From assembly GCA_965261525.1 (NCBI GenBank), contig OZ253472.1:3596488-3660487 (forward strand): 64,000 nt of DNA, written 5' to 3'. The notes beneath the pieces are model-generated. The model had not been told where the DNA came from and made no database searches. It saw only the letters and a list, made by a program, of their open reading frames with translations. The first letter of the stretch is position 1. The number at the start of each line of letters is the position of its first letter. This document shows positions 44,603-54,400 of this stretch, one piece after another. The position numbers were made by a program, and so were the translations under genes. This stretch comes from Dehalococcoidia bacterium (GTDB taxonomy: Bacteria; Chloroflexota; Dehalococcoidia; Lucifugimonadales; UBA1123).

Positions 44603-45604
44603 ATGGTGGTTACGATCAGAAATACCGACGACTTCATACGTGCTCTGCGAGAGAACGAGGAATTTCAAGCCGCCGCTAGGCGCGAGTTAATGACTCAGGA
44701 CCTGCTTGAGCTGCCGAAGGAGGTCGGGGAATTCAGGGCAGAGGCCAGGGAATTCAGGGCAACGGTTGATGAGAGATTTGACGGCGTTGAAAAGGAGGCT
44801 AGGGAATTCAGGGCAACGGTTGATGAGCGATTTGACGGCGTTGAAAAGGAGGCTAGGGAATTCAGGGCAACGGTTGATGAGAGATTTGACGGCGTTGAAA
44901 AGGAGGCCAGGGAATTCAGGGCAACGGTTGATGAGAGATTTGACGGCGTTGAAAAGGAGGCCAGGGAATTCAGGGCAACGGTTGATGAGCGATTTGACGG
45001 CGTTGAAGAGGGCATCGAAGTTGTCCGGAAAGACATCAACGGACTGGGAGAATCGTTCAGGCGAGAGGTGCGGGCTCAGTCCAGCTACCGCGGCAACTAT
45101 GCCCAGAGCGCCGCGCGTGGAGACGATCTGGAAATTGCCGCTCTGTTCGCTGGACGATACGGATTGGAGGATATAGACACTAGACACATATCCGCCAATA
45201 CACGGAGGACATGGCTGAGAGTTCATAGAGACTTGATAGAGTCCTTGAATCTTCGACCAAGAGCAAGGAGAACCTTCCTGCGCCCCGACATGATCGTGGC
45301 GGTAATGGATCTGTACGCGGGAGACGACGCGGAACCGGAATTCTACATCGTGGTGGAATCCTCCTACACGGGGGACGAAGAGGACATAAACAGGGCGACC
45401 GACCATGCCAGAATCGTGCGATCTGTGACTGGGATGGACGCCTACGCGGTTGTGGCCGCGGTGACGCTGGACGACAAGATGGACGCTGGGACGCAGAACC
45501 GGCTCTACGACGATGTGAGTCAGTTCGTCGAGGTCCACGACGACAATGCCGCATTCTGGCATCGGCTGAACTCTGCGGACCTGAGGCCACTCGAACCCCG
45601 CTAG
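44603..45604 (+). CDS. DUF3782-like protein: N-terminal helical region with an 18-aa tandem repeat and a C-terminal PD-(D/E)xK-like domain
   Basis: MVVTIRNTDDFIRALRENEEFQAAARRELMTQDLLELP... is typical of this family. The C-terminus reads RPDMIVAV...EFYIVVESSYTGDEEDI. Confidence 0.55.
   Translation: MVVTIRNTDDFIRALRENEEFQAAARRELMTQDLLELPKEVGEFRAEAREFRATVDERFDGVEKEAREFRATVDERFDGVEKEAREFRATVDERFDGVEKEAREFRATVDERFDGVEKEAREFRATVDERFDGVEEGIEVVRKDINGLGESFRREVRAQSSYRGNYAQSAARGDDLEIAALFAGRYGLEDIDTRHISANTRRTWLRVHRDLIESLNLRPRARRTFLRPDMIVAVMDLYAGDDAEPEFYIVVESSYTGDEEDINRATDHARIVRSVTGMDAYAVVAAVTLDDKMDAGTQNRLYDDVSQFVEVHDDNAAFWHRLNSADLRPLEPR
44741..45010 (+). repeat. Intragenic tandem repeat, 5 x 54 bp (EAREFRATVDERFDGVEK)
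   Basis: Five head-to-tail units differ at only a few synonymous or near-synonymous positions. A partial unit lies at 44720..44740. Confidence 0.9.
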
Positions 45605-45752
45605 GCAATCCCCAATCCCACTGAGTTCCCCATTTCACTACCCATCCACATCCTCCCTCCAAACAAGACTCGCGGGGCGCCCTGATTGATCCGAAACGAC
45701 TCATATTTGATTGACAATCCTGACAATCATAAAGCGGGACATCTGATATGAA

Positions 45753-45840
45753 TAACTGACCTTACGCAGTTGAGAGCGATTTCGTAGCTGCGTTGGCTAA
45801 TTCTCATATAAGAATTCATAGCTGAGTGCGTAACATCAGT
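45753..45840 (+). repeat. Repeat family B, second copy
   Basis: One mismatch to 5053..5140. Confidence 0.85.
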
Positions 45841-45860
45841 GAATAAATCAAAACTAATCT

Positions 45861-45960
45861 CACAGGGCAGGCTGGGGCAGGTTCAGGGCAGGAAAATTCT
45901 CCAAAGCGCCCTGAAAATCACTTCGTTTCCGTAGCTGACAGGGCAGGTAGGGCAGGTATT
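45861..45960. repeat. Family C scaffold fragment with GGGCAGG words
   Basis: GGGCAGG occurs at 45865, 45875 and 45886 (10/11-bp phasing), next to GGAAAATTCTCCAAAGCGCCCTGAAAATC (compare 4694..4721). Two more words lie at about 45940. The orientation is ambiguous. Confidence 0.5.
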
Positions 45961-46175
45961 TTGAAAACTCTTTTCGCCGGAGGCCATCTTCCGCTTTTCT
46001 TCCGAATTGAGATAACAGTATATGACACGATCCATATCAATGGTCAGAGGGCGGACTCCAGGCGGAGCGTCCTTGCGATGTCACCCCGCGTGGGATATAA
46101 ATTGCGGCGGCAAATGGAAGAGGAGATTACCCCACGAAAACCGCCCGAATCAGCGCTCCCAAGACCTGGGATATA

Positions 46176-46539
46176 ATGGACACTGAAACGCCTGCCATCC
46201 AGGATGGCCAGTGCCTGGTTAAGCTGGAACGATGGTCCGTCTGCGAGAGCGACATCCGGCACGATTACGGAGACGTGTACCCCGAAGAGGAATACCCCAT
46301 GAAGGTCGGCAGCCCCTGCCACGATTGCGCCGGTACCATAGTCGAAAGTCGCGACGACCGGTTCCGCGAAGGCCAGCGCGTCATCGTGCTGCCCGGAGTT
46401 GACGGCAATGGCGGACTCGTCGAGTACATGGCCGGTACCCCCGACCGCATGGTCGCGCTGCCCGACGACGGCAGCCTCGACGAGTGGGTCATGTGCCAGC
46501 CCTCAGGCGCCGTGCTCTACTCCTGCCAGCAGATGGGCG
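46176..46539 (+). pseudogene. Zn-dependent alcohol dehydrogenase (MDR) gene truncated by IS21
   Basis: Only the GroES-like N-domain is present (WSVCESDIRH...GSPCHDCAGTIVES...GQRVIV). The reading frame enters the IS end at 46540. Confidence 0.65.
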
Positions 46540-46651
46540 TGTCAAGGGCGGTGACATATTGGACAACCGGGGCGGCGGAAAAGTGTACCACCAAGGCCTA
46601 AGCGCCCAGGGAAAATGTCCGCTTTGATTGATGAGGATCTGGGGACGGAAG

Positions 46652-47419
46652 TCAGTCCGAAGAGAGCAATGCGGCGGCCTGCCCGCTCTGTCTGAGCCTG
46701 TAGCTCTCGCCGTTCATCTCCAGGATGTGTACGCGGTGGGTCAGCCTGTCCAGCAGGGCCCCGGTCAGCCTCTCTGACCCGAAGACCTCGGTCCACTCGT
46801 CGAAGGGCAGGTTGGTGGTAACCAGGATCGAGCCTCTCTCGTACCGCTGGCTGAAGATCTCGAAGAGCAGCTCGGCGCCGGTCCTGGACAAGGGAACGAA
46901 GCCAAGCTCATCTATGATCAGCAGCTTGAGCCGAGACAGCTTCTTCTGAAGGTTCAGCAGCCTTCTCTCGTCCCTGGCCTCCATGAGCTCGTGTACAAGG
47001 GCGGCCGCTGTTGTGAACCCCACCGACAGTCCCCTCTGGCAGGCGGCGAGACCAAGCCCCAGCGCGATGTGAGTCTTGCCCGTTCCGCTGTTGCCCATGG
47101 CGATGACGTTTTCTCTACGCTCAACGTACTCGCACCGGGCCAGTTGGTTCACGAGTTGCTTGTTCACTGACGGGATCGCAAGGAAGTCGAATGTGTCCAG
47201 ACTCTTGACCGCGGGAAAGCGCGCCGCCTTGATCCTGCGTTCCACCATGCGGTGATGACGGTCTATGAGCTCAAGCTCCGACAGTCTGAGAAGGTAGTCG
47301 GGGTGATCAACGCCCTCGGCGGCGCACTGCTGCGCCATTTTGCCGTACTCCCTGAGGAAGGTAGGCAGCCTCAGCTCCTTGAGATGATGTTCCAGCAGCA
47401 GAGTTGACCTGTCGCTCAC
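46652..47419 (-). CDS. istB: IS21 helper ATPase IstB
   Basis: Walker A GNSGTGKTH and Walker B LLIIDELG. Confidence 0.9.
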   Translation of the reverse strand: MSDRSTLLLEHHLKELRLPTFLREYGKMAQQCAAEGVDHPDYLLRLSELELIDRHHRMVERRIKAARFPAVKSLDTFDFLAIPSVNKQLVNQLARCEYVERRENVIAMGNSGTGKTHIALGLGLAACQRGLSVGFTTAAALVHELMEARDERRLLNLQKKLSRLKLLIIDELGFVPLSRTGAELLFEIFSQRYERGSILVTTNLPFDEWTEVFGSERLTGALLDRLTHRVHILEMNGESYRLRQSGQAAALLSSD

Positions 47420-48924
47420 GACGCTCTCCCGGTGAGAAGACCCATATAGTCGGTGGCCGAGGTCTTGCCGACGCTGACCCTGGGAAGGTACGGGTACAGC
47501 TCAAGGTCGAGTCTCGGCGGTCGTCCCTCGATGCTGCACAGCAGGAGATGCTTGACCGCGTCGAAGCTGATCGCTCCCAGCCTGATCGCGTCTCTGACTG
47601 CGGAGTGAACCTCGTCGGCTGAGAAGGTCTCCATGAGCCTGAGGACCTGAACGAACTCCTTCTTGCCGCGCCTTTCCATCCTCGACTCCATCAGACGGCG
47701 CAGCGTGTCGAACTCCTCCGGCAGGTCCCATCCCTGGAGGGGAGCCGCCTGGTCGAGAGCCGCGGTCTTCCGCTCCAGCAGAGGCAGGTAGTGGATCGGG
47801 TCGAACACGAAGTCGTCCCGTTCGTAGGAACGCCGGTGTCTGGCTATGACCTCGGCGCCGCAGCTTATGACCACCTCATGGACATACCCTCTGACCAGAA
47901 CGTCCCTGTAGCCGTACGCCACCGGAACCGAGTAGTCGTTGGTGCGATAGCGCACCAGCGACAGCGAGTTGACGCGCGTCCCATGCTTGTCGCTCGCGTC
48001 ATACGGGACCGCCGGCAGCGGCAGAAGAGCCGTGAGGTCTTGCTTCATACGCTCGCCAATGGTCTCGCGGTGTCCCCTGAGCCTCGCCTCCATGCGCTCA
48101 AGGCAGCGTCCCTCAAGATAGAGGTTGAGGGCGTCGAAGCTGTCGAACGACGGTATGGGCACGAGGAAGTTACGACGACTATAGCCCACCATGCCCTCGA
48201 CGTTGCCCTTGTCGTTACCCCTTCCCGGCCGTCCGAACCTGTCGGTGAACAGGTAGTGGGACTGTAGCTCGGTGAACACCCGGGTGCGGACGCGCCTCCC
48301 GTCTCCCAGTATCTTCGCAACCGCCAACTTCGTGTTGTCGTACAGGACGCTCTGGGGAACTCCGCCCAGGAAGCGGAACGCAGATATGTGTCCGTCGCAG
48401 AACGCCTCGGTGGTCTCGGCCGGGTACGCCTTCACGAAGACGCCGTCGCTGTGGGGAAGGGACAGCACGAAGAAGTGGACATTGCGCTTCACCCCGTCTA
48501 TCACCGCCCACGCCTCTCCGAAGTCGCGCTGGGCGTGCCCGGCGGGATGGGAAAGGGGAACGAACATCTCCCGGGTCGTGCGCCGGCGCTCACGCGCGTA
48601 GTCCTTGACGATGGTGTACTTGCCCTCGAACCCGCGCTCGTCCCTCAGCCGCTCGTAGATGCGCTTGGCGGTGTGGCGCCGCTTCTTCGGCAGACTCATA
48701 TCTGAGCGCAGTATCTCGTCTATGACTCCTGTGTACGGGCCTATCTTGGGTCTTCTGGGAGGCTTTCGCCTGCGGTAGCCCGGCGGAGCGGCGTACTTGA
48801 TCATCTTGCGAACGGTGTCTCTGTGCAGGCCGAACACGCGGGACGCCTCCCGGACGCTCATGCCGTCCACCATGCAGGCTCTTCGGACACGCATATACAG
48901 TTCCACGCTGTACATCCTTCTCAC
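47416..48924 (-). CDS. istA: IS21 transposase IstA
   Basis: N-terminal HTH (MSVREASRVFGLHRDTVRKM), a DDE core, 502 aa, overlapping istB by 4 nt. Confidence 0.9.
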   Translation of the reverse strand: MRRMYSVELYMRVRRACMVDGMSVREASRVFGLHRDTVRKMIKYAAPPGYRRRKPPRRPKIGPYTGVIDEILRSDMSLPKKRRHTAKRIYERLRDERGFEGKYTIVKDYARERRRTTREMFVPLSHPAGHAQRDFGEAWAVIDGVKRNVHFFVLSLPHSDGVFVKAYPAETTEAFCDGHISAFRFLGGVPQSVLYDNTKLAVAKILGDGRRVRTRVFTELQSHYLFTDRFGRPGRGNDKGNVEGMVGYSRRNFLVPIPSFDSFDALNLYLEGRCLERMEARLRGHRETIGERMKQDLTALLPLPAVPYDASDKHGTRVNSLSLVRYRTNDYSVPVAYGYRDVLVRGYVHEVVISCGAEVIARHRRSYERDDFVFDPIHYLPLLERKTAALDQAAPLQGWDLPEEFDTLRRLMESRMERRGKKEFVQVLRLMETFSADEVHSAVRDAIRLGAISFDAVKHLLLCSIEGRPPRLDLELYPYLPRVSVGKTSATDYMGLLTGRAS

Positions 48925-49037
48925 CTCCCTTCGGGTCGGGTTCGACCCTATGGGAGACGATAGACGGTACGGTTTTCAACCGCCACAATCAGGCTGTCGA
49001 GCCGCCTACACGGTCCATTTTATCTCCGCCTTTTACA

Positions 49038-49785
49038 TACAATCGAGCCAGTGGCTTTGTGTCGCGATTCGATCATGATCGCTGACGCCCCGTCTCCCCG
49101 CTCGCATCGAACCAGGGAAAGTGTCGAGGCTGAGGTCCTGTACGGAGTCCTGGTAGTTGAAGGAAGAGACGAGTAGTCGCATCTAGAGCCGATGTAAACC
49201 CCCGTAGCTGAAGGCGCGGTTATCCGGAATTCATAATCACTGGGATCTACGCCATATGGGCCGTTGATCTCGATGCGAACCTTCAATGATTTCAGAATCA
49301 ACCAATATTTCGCATACTTTATCAAGCTCGATTCGATGGAGGTGGGTGGACTCTCACCGTCTATATAAGCAATCTTCGCGTGTATTTGCAACTGGGAAAC
49401 GGGCGTCGGAACCGGAGTCGGTGGAACCGGAGTGTTGGTCGGTGGCGGTCTGCGCGTTGGCGTGGGCCTGGGCGTGTAGGTGGCTGTCGGCACAGGCGTG
49501 TTGGTCGGCGTGGGCCTTGGGGTGCGTGTAGGTGCGTGTGTCTTGGTCGCCGTAGGACACAGATGGGGGAAATCCTCGCAGAAGCACGCGTCGCATTCGC
49601 CTTCAGGCCCCTCCTCCCGCTCAGAGCCATCAGAAGCCGGGGGAGTAAGGGTGGGAGCAATCTGAGGTGTGGGTCGCTGTCGACTCAGGCGTTTGCGCTA
49701 TTGCCCCCTGGCTGAGGACCACTGCCAGAATCAGCCCGAAGATACCCCCAATAACCGTAACAAGCCTGATATTCATGCCTGACAT
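49038..49785 (-). pseudogene. Secreted Pro/Thr-rich protein gene, frameshifted and 3'-truncated by IS21
   Basis: The signal-peptide ORF from 49785 (MSGMNIRLVTVIGGIFGLILAVVLSQGAIAQ) stops after 51 codons. The +1 frame continues with a Cys-rich plus PTPT linker and a beta-rich domain (ORF 49020..49493) that runs into the IS end. Confidence 0.4.
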
Positions 49786-49904
49786 ATCATCACCTCAGCG
49801 CATAGGAAACATCTCTGGACTAGATATAATATATATTGCGCAACGATTTGTCAAATCACAGGTGTTTTCGGCGTGCGCTGGTATTCATATCTGGAATTGC
49901 CAAC

Positions 49905-50090
49905 TTATTTTACGCGGTTTAGAATTATTTCGTAGCTGATATGGCTCGTTCTCAGTCGTTAATTCATCTGGAGTTACGCGCTTGAATACGGCTTGACCCT
50001 CGTCATTCCCGCGAAAGCGGGAATCTACTTCTACCCAACTGCGTAAGTCCTATTCATATCTGAGTGCGTAACATCAGTTAGTCAATCATG
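49905..50090. repeat. Composite of family-B-like arms and a REP hairpin
   Basis: Contains ATTTCGTAGCTGA, GTCATTCCCGCGAAAGCGGGAAT (50002..50024), AACTGCGTAAGTCC and CTGAGTGCGTAACATCAGT. Confidence 0.6.
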
Positions 50091-50198
50091 CCGCGGGCTG
50101 TATTTCATTCATACTTGAAGATAAAGCGCAGACAGTCTCGATTTGGCGGGCGCGCGAGATTATACTTGAGGAACCCGAGTATGGGCTGAGAAAAGCGA

Positions 50199-51410
50199 TT
50201 GGGGAGACGTCCGGTGAAAATAACCGACCTGAAACTACGGGAACTAAACGGCGTGATGGAGCGCCCTGACCCCTTCTGGGAAGAACGGCTTGTCAGGCCG
50301 CAGGACATCTACCCGGAGTACAGGAAGCAGGGCGCGGACTACTCGACAAGCCTGGGCAGCGGACGCTACGCGATGCGCTCCGTCTTTCTGGAGATACACA
50401 CCGACGACGGCGTGGTGGGGCTGTCCGGCCCTTGCTCCCGGATCGAGGCTTTCATTATAGACACCGCGCTGAGGCCGCTGCTTATGGGGAATGACCCACT
50501 GGCTATCGAGCGGCTGTGGGACGTGATGTATCGCTCCATGATCCACGGTCGCAAGGGCGAGACGATGATGGCGATAAGCGTCGTGGACTGCGGACTGTGG
50601 GATCTGAAGGGCAAGGCGCTGGGACAGCCGGTGTACAGGCTGTTGGGCGGGCCGACGCGCACCCGCTTCCCCGCATACGCCAGCGCGCTGGGGTTCTCGA
50701 TAGAGCCGGAGGCCGCCGCGGAACGCGCGAAGTGGATAGTGAGCCAAGGATACACGGCTACCAAGTGGTTCTTCAGGGACGGACCCACGGACGGGCGCGA
50801 CGGCGAGCGCAGGAATCTCACTCTGGCGCGGACGCTCAGGGATGCGGTCGGTGACGACGTGGACATCATGCTAGACGCCTGGAGCTCCTGGAACGTTCCC
50901 TACGCCATCCGAATGTCCAACCGGCTCGCCGAGTACAACATCCGGTGGCTGGAGGAACCTGTGCTGGCCGACAAGCTCGACAGCTACGCGGAGATCCGCC
51001 GCAACTCGCCGATAGACATTTCAGGCGGCGAACACGAGTACACCCGCTGGGGGTTCAGGCAGATCGTCGAGAAGCGCGCGATGGACGTGCTTCAGCCGGA
51101 CATCTACTGGTGCGGCGGCATAAGCGAGACCCTGAAGATATGCGCCCTGGCGTCGGCGTTCGACCTGCCGGTAATACCTCACGGCCACAGTTCGCACGCC
51201 ACCGCGCACCTGATAGCGTCTCAGCCGCCGACGACCACGCCTATCCAGGAATTCCTGCTAAAGTGGAACGCTGTCCACCAGTTCTTCCTGAAGTACCCGC
51301 TCGTTCCGGTTGACGGGACGATCACCGTGCCGGACTCCCCTGGCCTGGGCCTCGAGATAGACGAATCCAAGGTGGATTCGAGCCGGGAACTGAATTTCAG
51401 GAATATCTAG
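50199..51410 (+). CDS. Enolase-superfamily enzyme (mandelate racemase / sugar-acid dehydratase type)
   Basis: VKITDLKLREL...AISVVDCGLWDLKGKALGQPVYRLLGG...DIMLDAW...WLEEP...GGEHEY. Confidence 0.8.
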   Translation: MGRRPVKITDLKLRELNGVMERPDPFWEERLVRPQDIYPEYRKQGADYSTSLGSGRYAMRSVFLEIHTDDGVVGLSGPCSRIEAFIIDTALRPLLMGNDPLAIERLWDVMYRSMIHGRKGETMMAISVVDCGLWDLKGKALGQPVYRLLGGPTRTRFPAYASALGFSIEPEAAAERAKWIVSQGYTATKWFFRDGPTDGRDGERRNLTLARTLRDAVGDDVDIMLDAWSSWNVPYAIRMSNRLAEYNIRWLEEPVLADKLDSYAEIRRNSPIDISGGEHEYTRWGFRQIVEKRAMDVLQPDIYWCGGISETLKICALASAFDLPVIPHGHSSHATAHLIASQPPTTTPIQEFLLKWNAVHQFFLKYPLVPVDGTITVPDSPGLGLEIDESKVDSSRELNFRNI

Positions 51411-51438
51411 CAAAACGCCGGCTGACCCCCATGATAAG

Positions 51439-54400
51439 ATGCGCACTCAGTCAAGGGAAGTAGGCAACATGGTCGCTTCAGCCCGGTTCCGTCAGTACAT
51501 CAAAGACATCCAGGATAACCTCAAACTCGGCAGCGCCACCGAGCATACACATAGGCCCGCATTCAAAGCGCTTCTCGAATCCGCCTACGACGGCATTACA
51601 GCGACCAACGAACCGGGCAGAATAGAGTGCGGCGCGCCCGACTTCTCCATCAGCAAGGGCGACGCCCCTGGGCAGGTTACCATTGGCTACATTGAGGCGA
51701 AGGACGTCGGTGTTGACCTGTATGCTATAGAACGCGACAGTAACCGCGCCAATCCGACCACGCCTAACGGGAAGCAGTTGAAGCGATACCGACAGGCGCT
51801 TCCCAACCTGATTCTCACCAACTACACCGAATTCCGCTGGTACTCGGACAGCGAACTCCGCGTGACCGCCGCGCTTACTGAACACAGCGACGCTGCTTTG
51901 TCTGTCAGCAATGACGGCGTTTCCAAGACCGATGATCTGCTGTCTGCTTTTCTTGTCCACTCCCCTGAACTCGTATCCAACCCCAGAGACCTTGCCGAGC
52001 GTATGGCCAGACTTACTCACATGATACGAGACATAGTTCGAGAGGGGATGAGCAAAGAGCGATCATCTCAAGATGTCAACGACCTGTATCAGGCGGCAAG
52101 AGAAGCGCTGGTTCCCAATCTGACGCTGGACGACTTCGCCGACATGTTCGCTCAAACTCTCGCCTACGGCCTGTTTGCCGCCAGAGTAAACCACGATTCC
52201 GGCAGCTTCCACAGGCGGGACGCCGTTTACGACATTCCCGCCGCCAATCCGTTCCTGCGCCAGATATTCAACCTGACCGCTGGACCGAACGCGGAGAACG
52301 AACCATTCATCGGATTCGTGGACGACCTCGCCCAGCTTCTCGCGAACTCCGATATGGAAGCGATACTCGCCGACTTTGGCAAGCGCGACGTTCGTCAGGA
52401 CCCTGTGATGCACTTCTACGAGACCTTTCTCGCCGCCTACGATCCTGAACTTCGTGAGCGTCGCGGCGTGTACTACACCCCGGAGCCTGTCATATCCTAT
52501 ATAGTCCGCTCGGTTGACATCCTTCTCAAAGAACGCTTCGGATGCGCGGAGGGCCTCGCGGACTACCAGCAGGCGGAGTATGAAGTCCTTGAACAGGTGG
52601 ATGGGGAGCAGCAGAAAGTCACGAAACAGGCGCACCGCGTACTTGTACTCGACCCCGCCTGTGGAACGGGATCATTTCTCTACGCGGTCATTGACCACAT
52701 ACGCCAATACTATCGAGATAACGGCAACGCTGGAATGTGGAACGGCTATGTTCGAGAACATCTGCTGAATCGCGTTTTCGGGTTTGAGCTGATGATGGCC
52801 CCCTACGCGATGAGCCACCTGAAACTTGGTATGCAACTTGCCGCTCAGGATATGCCGGAAGATGTGCGAAATGAATGGTCGTATGAATTTGGAGACGACG
52901 AGCGACTCGGCGTGTACCTGACCAACTCTCTTGAGCAGGCGGAACAGCAGACAACCACGTTGTTCGGTCCAATGCGAGCTATCACCGATGAAGCGAACGC
53001 CGCGTCCGAGATAAAGCGTGACCTGCCCATCATGGTCGTATTGGGCAACCCGCCCTATTCGGGCCATTCGTCCAACGCCAGTAGGCGGGGCCGGAAACTC
53101 ACCTGGATAGGCGAACTTATCGAGGACTACAAGAAAGTTGATGGAAAGCCGCTTGGTGAGAAGAATCCAAAGTGGCTCCAGGATGACTATGTGAAGTTCA
53201 TACGTTTCGGACAGTGGCGCATCAGTCAGTCCGGCGCGGGCATATTGGCGTTCATCACCAACAACGGCTATCTGGATAACCCTACGTTCAGGGGTATGCG
53301 ACAGCAGCTTATGGACACATTCGCGGATATATACCTGCTTGACTTGCACGGCAATTCCAATAAAAAGGAGAGTACCCCGGACGGCGGCTCTGACCAGAAT
53401 GTGTTCGACATACAGCAGGGCGTCTCGATTGCCATATTCGTCAGAGAACCGGGAAATTCCGGACCTGCGAAGGTTCACCATGCTGACCTATGGGGAGACC
53501 GGGCGACCAAGTACTCGGTACTGGAAGAATCGGATGTGTCAACTACCAATTGGGAACTCCTGGAGCCTGTCTCACCCAGATATAGGTTCAGACCTTGGGA
53601 AGATGAGTTTGAAGATGAGTATCTCCGGTGGCCCACAATCAGAGAAGTCATGCCAATCAACTCGTCAGGCGTCACAACGGCACGAGACAAATTGACCATT
53701 CGATGGTCCCGGGATGAAATGATGAGTGTGGTCCGTGACTTCTCTGGACGTGAGCCAGAAGATGCTCGGAACAAGTATAAATTACCTAAGGACGTTCGAG
53801 ATTGGAAAGTTCATTGGGCGCAGGCCGATCTGAAAGAAGCGGGCATTGACGAAGATTTAGTAAAGCCTGTCTTGTATAGACCATTCGACACTCGATACAC
53901 GTACTATACAGGCAAGACTCGCGGTTTCATTTGTAGGCCACGCTCCCAAGTCATGCGGCATATGCTGACCGGCGACAATCTAGGATTATCAACAACACGT
54001 TCAATCGAAATACAGTCGGGTTTCGAGCATATCTTTGTCAGTAAAGACATCACGCAGCTTCACACTGTTTCAATTAAAGAAGTGAACTATCTATACCCTC
54101 TCTACACCTACCCTTCGGAACAGGAAATCGCCCAGGGTCTTTACGAGGCCGGAGAGCGGCAGCCAAATCTTGCTCCTAAATTCATCGAGGATTTAGAACA
54201 GCGGCTTGGCTTGCGATTTGTCAGCGACAGCGAAGGCAATCTGAGAGAAACATTCGGCCCTGAGGATGTCTTATACTACATCTACGCAGTCTTCCATTCG
54301 CCTACCTATCGAGAGCGTTACGACCAGTTCCTTCGCTCCGACTTTCCCCGCGTCCCTGTCCCCAACACGCCTGATTTGTTTCAGGCGCTTGCAAAGATTG

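Larger units (their letters stand above)
46540..49037 (-). mobile_element. IS21-family insertion sequence
   Basis: Imperfect inverted ends are TGTCAAGGGCGGTGACATATTGGAC (46540..) and the reverse complement of ..49037, TGTAAAAGGCGGAGATAAAATGGAC. It carries the istA-istB pair. No target duplication is visible. Confidence 0.85.

Noticed and set aside
44741-45010. A regular 54-bp repeat array that could be mistaken for a CRISPR array.
   Set aside because: The units are contiguous with no spacers and lie in frame inside a 333-aa ORF, encoding an 18-aa protein repeat. No cas genes or leader are present.
49354-49715. Three mutually overlapping ORFs (80-111 aa) on both strands in the Pro/Thr-coding region.
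   Set aside because: They are alternative frames of one decayed secreted-protein gene, and none has independent support.
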